Assembly (NCBI GenBank): GCA_038056365.1
Contig: JBBUFU010000045.1
Coordinates: 1-30,523 of the forward strand
Source: Patescibacteria group bacterium
Lineage (GTDB): Bacteria > Patescibacteriota > Minisyncoccia > Phycocordibacterales > SBAW01
Reading direction: 5' to 3'
Length of the DNA: 30,523 bases
How positions within the stretch are numbered: the stretch's first letter is position 1; each line of letters begins with the position of its first letter. Of this stretch, positions 18,150 through 23,749 are shown one piece after another. A program made the position numbers and the translations under genes. Below the pieces are notes generated by a model. It did not search any database. It saw only the letters and a list, made by a program, of their open reading frames with translations, and was not told the origin of the DNA.

Positions 18150-18913
18150 TGAAGCTCTTTGACGCCCACTGCCACCTGCAATTGCCGCAGTACGACGCCG
18201 ACCGCGAGGCGGTTTTGGCGCGTATGCAAGAGCAGGGGATGGGCGCGATGATTATCGGTACCGATTTTGAAACATCAAAGGCGGGGCTTGAGCTGGCAAA
18301 ACAATATGACTTTTTGTGGGCCAGCGTTGGGCTCCACCCGAATGATAATAAAGACGAGCACTATGATATATCAAAGTACGAGGAGTTGGCGCAGAATCCG
18401 AAAGTAGTCGCGATAGGGGAATGCGGCTTGGATTATTTTCGCTCAGAAAAATCAGAAGGACAGAAAGAGCGTTTTGAGGCACAGATTAAACTCGCGCAAA
18501 AAATAAACAAAGCCTTGGTGGTGCACTGCCGCAACGCCCACGACGATTGTTACAGCATTTTGCAAAAAGCTAGAATGAACGGATTAACAGTGCCGGTGGT
18601 TATGCACTTTTTTACCGGTTCGGGGGAGTTGGCGCAAAAATATCTTGATTTGGGGTGTTACCTCTCGTTTCCCGGGCCTGTTACCTACACCGATATGTAC
18701 GACGAAAGTATTCGCCTATGCCCGCTTGAAAAAATGCTGGTAGAAACCGACGCGCCGTTTGCCGCGCCGGTGCCCAACCGCGGCAAGCGCAACGAGCCCG
18801 CGTATGTTGCCGAAGTCGCCAAAAAAATCGCCGCGGTAAAGGGTTTAACAGAGGAGGAGGTTGCGGCCCAAACGGTCCTTAATTCGCAACGTATTTTTGG
18901 GCTTGCAAACTAG
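18149..18913 (+). CDS. tatD: TatD family deoxyribonuclease
   Basis: FDAHCHL, VGLHP, AIGECGLDY, VVHCR, MHFF, ETDAPF...RGKRNEPA. Confidence 0.93.
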   Translation: MKLFDAHCHLQLPQYDADREAVLARMQEQGMGAMIIGTDFETSKAGLELAKQYDFLWASVGLHPNDNKDEHYDISKYEELAQNPKVVAIGECGLDYFRSEKSEGQKERFEAQIKLAQKINKALVVHCRNAHDDCYSILQKARMNGLTVPVVMHFFTGSGELAQKYLDLGCYLSFPGPVTYTDMYDESIRLCPLEKMLVETDAPFAAPVPNRGKRNEPAYVAEVAKKIAAVKGLTEEEVAAQTVLNSQRIFGLAN

Positions 18914-18931
18914 TACAGTTTGTGCTATAAT
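18903..18931 (+). promoter_or_regulatory. Near-consensus sigma70 promoter for the DGR target gene
   Basis: TTGCAA (18903-18908), 17-bp spacer, extended -10 TG-C-TATAAT (18923-18931). Confidence 0.75.
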
Positions 18932-19008
18932 TGCACGGTACGCTCTTTCTTATGAGCAGAAGAACCTGGGGCCTGCTCCATGACGGAGTGGGTGAGGGGT
19001 TCTAGCAA

Positions 19009-19713
19009 ATGGAGGCCATCGTGGCCAAAACCGAAGCTATCATCAGTATGGCAGGAAGTTACCAGACCACCGCTTCTGCGCTTAGTGACGAAGTAACCAA
19101 GCAGGGTGGCAGTCTCAGTCAGGCGGTCGTACTGCTGGGTACGTCCGAATATGCCAACGAACTCGGTAGCGTTGCTTCGATACTCGCCCAGATGTGCAAA
19201 CAACACCAGGCAAAGCTCGAAGCCGCCGAACGCGTCAAGGTGGTCAACAAGACGACCCTCCTGGTCAACCTGGCTTCCGAGCCCAAACTGCCGTTCGACG
19301 GCGCCACCGTCAAGCATAATGCGGGCGGCGGCTGGGTGAAGGTCGAAAAGCGGAAAGACGGCCACCTCTACGTCAACGGCAAGAGGGTCGTCCTCCACCT
19401 CGAGGAAGGCCAGAAGGCCGGCGTCGTCGGGGGTCACGAGCTCCGCAAGGCGCTTGTCGGCAAGGACACCTTGCACCCCAACATCATGGACGCGCTGTGC
19501 GACTATGCTCCGCACATGATTCCCGAGTACTGCAAGCAGGACAGCCAAGGTCGCACCCTCTACATCTGCTTCTGGGAGGTCGTCTATGGCGACGCCGACG
19601 GCAGCCTGTGCGTCCGCTTTCTGTTCTGGCGCGGCGGCGCGTGGCGGCGGGATTACCGCTGGCTCGGCCGTGGCTTCGACGTCCAGGACCCCGCCGCGGT
19701 GTCCGTCAAGTAA
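19009..19713 (+). CDS. DGR target (variable) protein; helical N-terminus, probable C-type-lectin-like variable C-terminus
   Basis: The last ~43 codons are the VR. No signal peptide is apparent. The CLec fold is inferred from other DGR targets. Confidence 0.88.
   Translation: MEAIVAKTEAIISMAGSYQTTASALSDEVTKQGGSLSQAVVLLGTSEYANELGSVASILAQMCKQHQAKLEAAERVKVVNKTTLLVNLASEPKLPFDGATVKHNAGGGWVKVEKRKDGHLYVNGKRVVLHLEEGQKAGVVGGHELRKALVGKDTLHPNIMDALCDYAPHMIPEYCKQDSQGRTLYICFWEVVYGDADGSLCVRFLFWRGGAWRRDYRWLGRGFDVQDPAAVSVK
19586..19705 (+). repeat. DGR variable region (VR), ending in a GC-rich element (19689-19705)
   Basis: Ungapped 120-bp match to 20028-20147; 17 mismatches, each opposite a TR adenine. Confidence 0.96.
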
Positions 19714-19761
19714 CCCTTAGAACTTGGGCGCTTAAACCTAACCCTCGTTCCCTCAACCCTC

Positions 19762-19785
19762 GGCCTCGCGTGAAAACGCGGGGCC
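19762..19785 (+). other. GAAA-loop hairpin downstream of VR (DGR target-recognition hairpin and/or terminator)
   Basis: GGCCTCGCGT-GAAA-ACGCGGGGCC: 10-bp stem with one G.T pair, followed by TTTTCCTTT. Confidence 0.8.
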
Positions 19786-20027
19786 TTTTCCTTTGCTAAA
19801 ATACCAAATGGTAGTAGGCGAGTACGCGGGCGGCAAGGACTGCCCGCTGCCGAATCCAGCAAACTTGCGCCGAGAGTTTCTTTGTCTGCGGATTAAGAAA
19901 GAGTGGTGCCTGCGAGCTTAAAAAAATAGAAGATACTTGGTGCGGAGAGCTAGGGCATTATGATGCCAAATTCGATACAGCCCGGAGAGTACTCGATGGG
20001 CAGTGGCACAGGCGGCTCCCCGCACAA

Positions 20028-20147
20028 ATGGCAACGCCGACGGCAACCTGTACGTCCGCTATCTGTACTGGAACGACGGCGCGTGGCAGCGGAATTACAA
20101 CTGGCTCGACAATGACTTCGACGTCCAGAACCCCGCCGCGGTGTCCG
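20028..20147 (+). ncRNA. DGR template repeat (TR)
   Basis: Adenine-rich copy of the VR (AAY/TAY/GAY/CAG codons in target frame), lying between target and RT. The full RNA ends cannot be determined from sequence. Confidence 0.95.
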
Positions 20148-20156
20148 CAACTCTCT

Positions 20157-20579
20157 TCATTTCTCCTCCGCCCGCGCGGGGGAGTTTTGCTGGTCCTGAG
20201 CTTGTCGAAGGATTTGTCCTTGCCATCCGCCGAGCATTTTGCCGACGTCATCTACCTGGGCGGAGAGGGCGATGTATCTTTTGTCGCGCAAAGACTTTGT
20301 TTCCCACAAAACCATGAGTAATAGTTGGACGGTGTTCAACTTTCTTATGGCACTGCTTACAAAAGGCAATTTCTTATCCCGCGGCAAAAATTCCGCCCCC
20401 GATATCGCTTCCATGGTCTCGATAAACAAACAGTCTACTCTTTCGCCGACGGTATAGCGGTGAATCTTCGGCAGAGTAGAATAATATTCATGCCACAACA
20501 AGTAAGCCTGTTTGACCCGCTCCAAAACCGGCAACAAACTCCTGCGGGGGGGGGTCGTCAAAGAAGTATTTTCGCTCAT
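20157..20579 (-). CDS. avd: DGR accessory variability determinant Avd (four-helix-bundle protein)
   Basis: LPVLERVKQAYLLW...LPKIHRYTVGERVD...DDVGKMLGGW (the ..GxMLGGW signature of Avd/bAvd); adjacent to TR and RT. Start ATG 20579 is likely. Confidence 0.85.
   Translation of the reverse strand: MSENTSLTTPPRRSLLPVLERVKQAYLLWHEYYSTLPKIHRYTVGERVDCLFIETMEAISGAEFLPRDKKLPFVSSAIRKLNTVQLLLMVLWETKSLRDKRYIALSAQVDDVGKMLGGWQGQILRQAQDQQNSPARAEEK
20163..20188 (+). terminator. Hairpin plus T-run just 3' of TR (candidate TR-RNA 3' stem or terminator)
   Basis: CTCCTCCGC-CCGC-GCGGGGGAG (one G.T pair) followed by TTTT. Confidence 0.5.
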
Positions 20580-21554
20580 ACGTATGAAGATATCATTTCT
20601 GTCGAAAATTTGCTCGAAGCGTGGAAGGAGTTCCGCCGTGGCAAGCGCAAAAAGCTGGATGTCCTCGAATTTCAGCATGACTTGATATATCAAGTCACAG
20701 AGCTCCACCACGACCTAGTGAGTCAGACTTACAGGCATGGTGGGTATAAACACTTCCGCATCAGTGACCCCAAGCCCCGCGACATCCACAAGGCATCCGT
20801 GCGCGACCGGCTTTTGCACCACGCCATATACCGCAAACTCTACCCATTCTTCGACCGCACTTTCATATCCGACTCCTACTCCTGCCGCCTAGGGAAGGGC
20901 ACGCACAAAGCAATGAATCAGTTTAGAGATTTTGCCTACCAAGTATCCAAAAACCACACCCGCACCTGCTGGGTACTCAAATGCGATATCCGCAAGTTCT
21001 TTGCGAGCATAGACCACCAAACCCTCTTTGCAATTCTTGAGAAATATATACCCGACCAAAATATACTTTGGTTGTTGCGCGAAGTGGTCTCCAGCTTCCA
21101 GACCAAAACTTGGACACCCCGTGTCCAAGTTTTGGCCAAGGGCTTGCCGCTCGGCAACTTGACCAGCCAGCTGTTAGTAAATATCTATATGAACGAGTTC
21201 GACCGGTTTGTTAAGCACAAACTCAAAGCAAAATACTACATACGGTATGCCGATGACTTCGTACTTCTTTCTGATAACAAAACCGAGTTAGAGAAAAGAC
21301 TGGCGATTATCGTAGTCTTATTGCGTGATGAATTAAAATTACAACTACACCCAAATAAAGTATCAATACAAACTTTTGCTTCGGGCGTCGACTTTTTGGG
21401 CTGGGTGCATTTTATCGGCTACCGGGTGTTGCGGACAGCGAGTAAGCGGCGGATTTTTAAAAAACTGCAAGAAAACAACAAAAAAGAAGTCATCGAATCG
21501 TATCGCGGGCTGTTAGGCCACGGCAACGCGCATAAGTTGCGGCAAAAATTGTGA
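20490..21554 (+). CDS. DGR-type reverse transcriptase
   Basis: YEDIISVENLLEAW, KPRDI...VRDRLLHHA, GKGTH, CDIRKFFASIDH, GLPLGNLTSQ (SQ form typical of DGR RTs), catalytic YADD, GVDFLGW. Start 20490 is the likely ATG but is not certain. Confidence 0.95.
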   Translation: MPQQVSLFDPLQNRQQTPAGGGRQRSIFAHTYEDIISVENLLEAWKEFRRGKRKKLDVLEFQHDLIYQVTELHHDLVSQTYRHGGYKHFRISDPKPRDIHKASVRDRLLHHAIYRKLYPFFDRTFISDSYSCRLGKGTHKAMNQFRDFAYQVSKNHTRTCWVLKCDIRKFFASIDHQTLFAILEKYIPDQNILWLLREVVSSFQTKTWTPRVQVLAKGLPLGNLTSQLLVNIYMNEFDRFVKHKLKAKYYIRYADDFVLLSDNKTELEKRLAIIVVLLRDELKLQLHPNKVSIQTFASGVDFLGWVHFIGYRVLRTASKRRIFKKLQENNKKEVIESYRGLLGHGNAHKLRQKL

Positions 21555-21571
21555 TGTGGTAAGGTACCTCC

Positions 21572-22084
21572 ATGGCAGAAACAGCGCAGGCCCCCGCGGC
21601 CTCCACCCAAGCGCCGCCGAAAGACTCCCGCCCCGTGTATGAGGTGGGCTTTCACCTTATACCCTCTATTACCGAAGAGGGTCTTGGCGCCGCAGTAGAA
21701 AAAGTCCGTGCGCTCCTCGGTGACGCGGAGATTATCGCGCAGGGCTTCCCCCAAAAGATGACACTCTCGTACACTATCGAGCGTGCCAACGCCGGCAAGC
21801 GCGACAAGTTTACCCAGAGCTACTTCGGCTGGGTTAAATTCGCGGTCCTTGAGCGCGGCGGCATCCCCGCGCTCGAAAAAGCGCTCACCGCCGAAACGGA
21901 AGTCCTGCGCTTTTTGATTATCGAGACGGTCCGCGAGGACATCAAAGAGGCGCCGCGCCGGGCGGTCTTTAGCTCCGACCGTCTGGAGGGCAAGACTATC
22001 GAGAAGCCCGCGGGAGCCGCAGAAAAGCCCTCTGAGGTTTCGGACGCGGAGCTTGATAAATCAATAGAGGCTCTTACTGGGTAA
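21572..22084 (+). CDS. rpsF: 30S ribosomal protein S6 with acidic extensions
   Basis: VYEVGFHLIP...LSYTI...YFGWVKF...EVLRFLII; first gene of rpsF-ssb-rpsR. Confidence 0.88.
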   Translation: MAETAQAPAASTQAPPKDSRPVYEVGFHLIPSITEEGLGAAVEKVRALLGDAEIIAQGFPQKMTLSYTIERANAGKRDKFTQSYFGWVKFAVLERGGIPALEKALTAETEVLRFLIIETVREDIKEAPRRAVFSSDRLEGKTIEKPAGAAEKPSEVSDAELDKSIEALTG

Positions 22085-22197
22085 GTAGCAAGTATCAGGT
22101 ATCAAGTATCAAACAAGTAACAAGTAATTAAAACTTAAAAATATGAACCTGATACTTAATAACTTGTTTGACATTTGTTACTTGTAATTTGATACTT
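22083..22197. repeat. AT-rich inverted array of heptamer repeats (AAGTATC-like units facing GATACTT-like units)
   Basis: Left arm: AAGTAGC AAGTATC AGGTATC AAGTATC ... AAGTAAC AAGTAAT. Right arm: CCTGATACTT (22148-57), GTTACTT (22177-83), GATACTT (22191-97). Confidence 0.75.
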
Positions 22198-22204
22198 AAT
22201 TTAT

Positions 22205-22666
22205 ATGTATTTAAACAAAGCAATGGTGTTCGGCAACCTGACCCGCGACCCGGAGGTCCGCGCGCTCCCCAACGGCGGCAATGTCTGCTCGTTCGGTGTT
22301 GCTACCAACCGCGTCTACAAAAAGGCCGACGGAAGCAAGCAGGAGGAGGTTGAGTTCCACAACGTGGTTACCTTCGGCAAGCTTGCCGACCTCTGCGGGC
22401 AGTACCTTAAAAAGGGGAGCTCGGCCTACATTGAGGGGCGGCTCAAGACCCGCAACTGGGATGACAAGGACAGCGGCAAAAAGCAGTACAAGACCGAGAT
22501 AATCGCCGAGACGGTGCAATTCGGCCCCCGCGGAGCCTCAACTGGCGGCGGCGCGCCGCGTAGCAACGCGCCGGTAACCGACGCCGAGGCTCCTCAGAAA
22601 TCACCGAAAGACGACGCTATCGATTATCCGACCGAAGACATTAACCCCGACGACATACCGTTTTAA
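22205..22666 (+). CDS. ssb: Single-stranded DNA-binding protein
   Basis: LNKAMVFGNLTRDPE, EFHNVV.FGKLAD, YIEGRLKTRNW, acidic C-terminal DDIPF. Confidence 0.97.
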   Translation: MYLNKAMVFGNLTRDPEVRALPNGGNVCSFGVATNRVYKKADGSKQEEVEFHNVVTFGKLADLCGQYLKKGSSAYIEGRLKTRNWDDKDSGKKQYKTEIIAETVQFGPRGASTGGGAPRSNAPVTDAEAPQKSPKDDAIDYPTEDINPDDIPF

Positions 22667-22701
22667 GTTTACTTAAAACAAATTAAAGAGAAAATAAAAC
22701 T

Positions 22702-22896
22702 ATGGCCAAAGAATACGTACCCCAATTTCAACGCATCGACTACAAGGACACGGAGACTATAAAGAAGTTTCTCAATCCGCACGGTAAAATCATGCCGCGC
22801 CGCCGTACGGGCCTTAGCGCCAACGGCCAGCGCACGCTCGCGCAAGCGGTCAAACGCGCCCGCTTCATGGCACTCCTGCCATACATCGTCCGGTAA
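22702..22896 (+). CDS. rpsR: 30S ribosomal protein S18
   Basis: IDYKD...KIMPRRRTG...[19 protein letters not shown]. Confidence 0.96.
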   Translation: MAKEYVPQFQRIDYKDTETIKKFLNPHGKIMPRRRTGLSANGQRTLAQAVKRARFMALLPYIVR

Positions 22897-23013
22897 AAGC
22901 TCCGCGAAAGCAGGCCGGCGGGAGTACGGATAATTTTTTGCTAAAAATTTCCTCAAGTCTCGTGCCGTCGCACTTGCGAAGCCTCCCGCCAACCTCTTTC
23001 GCTCCGCCCTGTG

Positions 23014-23039
23014 GCGCTTGCGGAAGCAGGCGCTTTTTT
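23014..23039 (+). terminator. Intrinsic terminator after rpsF-ssb-rpsR
   Basis: GCGCTTGC-GGAA-GCAGGCGC followed by T6. Confidence 0.7.
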
Positions 23040-23077
23040 GTATGGTTGGCGCAGAAGAAAAAAGTAGGAGGTTGTTC

Positions 23078-23725
23078 ATGAAGCGCTACTGGAAAGCGTT
23101 CGTCCGCCGCCTCCCGATTTCCTGGGGTAAGCGGCGTATCGTTTTTACGATCGTATCTCTTGGAGTTGTAGTCAAGGTACCTCGCTTGCGGCTCCATCGC
23201 CTTTGGGAGTTTTGGAGAGCCGACGTTGTACTGATGAAGATGGAAATGCTTTCGAGCCCGCTTCCTGAGCCCAAAACCAAGGAACTGTACTGGGAAGGAG
23301 TACGTCTGGCGCTTCGCCGCACTCTTCGGCAGACATTTGGTGGGATAGGTGACAACTGGCGGGAGCGCAGCTTCTATAAATACTCCGACGCCACAACTCG
23401 CCAGTTGTTGAAGCCCACCCTGTTCTCTTTCTTCGGGCTTCTGAACATCCAACTTCTGGGGGAACCTTGTAAGGATACTGCGGCCTGTGGCGCCTTCCGC
23501 CTAATCGCGGGGAGTGAACTGAGCAACGACGGTCATCATTGGGACCACCCGTCCAACTTTGACCTGTCGAGCGGTCGTCCGCAGCTGCTCGACTATGGAA
23601 GCAAGGCCACCCAGACGATTATCAAGAAATTTGGGGCCAGGTTTCTGACCGAGTTTGACTTAGAGGCCGGGCGGGCACAAGAAGCTAGAGAACAGGCCTA
23701 CTTCGATTCTATTACAGAAGGCTAA
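23078..23725 (+). CDS. Hypothetical protein with a minimal protein-kinase-like fold
   Basis: AGGAGG 6 nt before ATG 23078; motifs GKRRIVF, VVVKVP, NWRE, DGH..DHPSNF and LLDYG in kinase order. Confidence 0.55.
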   Translation: MKRYWKAFVRRLPISWGKRRIVFTIVSLGVVVKVPRLRLHRLWEFWRADVVLMKMEMLSSPLPEPKTKELYWEGVRLALRRTLRQTFGGIGDNWRERSFYKYSDATTRQLLKPTLFSFFGLLNIQLLGEPCKDTAACGAFRLIAGSELSNDGHHWDHPSNFDLSSGRPQLLDYGSKATQTIIKKFGARFLTEFDLEAGRAQEAREQAYFDSITEG

Positions 23726-23749
23726 ACCTCCCGGTTGGGAGGTTTTTTT
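23724..23749 (+). terminator. Intrinsic terminator between convergent genes
   Basis: AAACCTCCC-GGTT-GGGAGGTTT followed by further Ts. Confidence 0.8.

Larger units (their letters stand above)
19009..21554 (+). mobile_element. Diversity-generating retroelement (target+VR, hairpin, TR, avd, RT)
   Basis: All canonical DGR parts are present; VR/TR differences fall only at TR adenines. Confidence 0.96.

Noticed and set aside
20003-20317. ORF encoding a near copy of the target C-terminus (NGNADGNLYVRYLYWNDG...)
   Set aside because: This is the DGR template repeat read in target frame. It is open because TR mirrors a coding VR, and it runs antisense into avd. Not called as a paralogous gene.
20325-20489. 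N-terminal extension of the RT ORF
   Set aside because: It lies wholly antisense to the conserved core of avd and has no RT motifs; the RT more plausibly starts at 20490.
20490-21554. RT as a group II intron, retron or CRISPR-associated RT
   Set aside because: No maturase/endonuclease extension, msr-msd region, cas genes or CRISPR array; the SQ motif, avd and the adenine-specific TR/VR pair identify it as a DGR RT.
18913-21572. Prophage or integrative-element boundaries around the DGR
   Set aside because: No integrase, transposase, att-like direct repeats or phage structural genes could be seen at either junction.
22083-22197. Possible CRISPR array or tRNA in the repeat-rich rpsF-ssb spacer
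   Set aside because: The units are 7 bp with no unique spacers, and no cloverleaf can be formed. No CRISPR array, tRNA or rRNA was recognised anywhere in the window.
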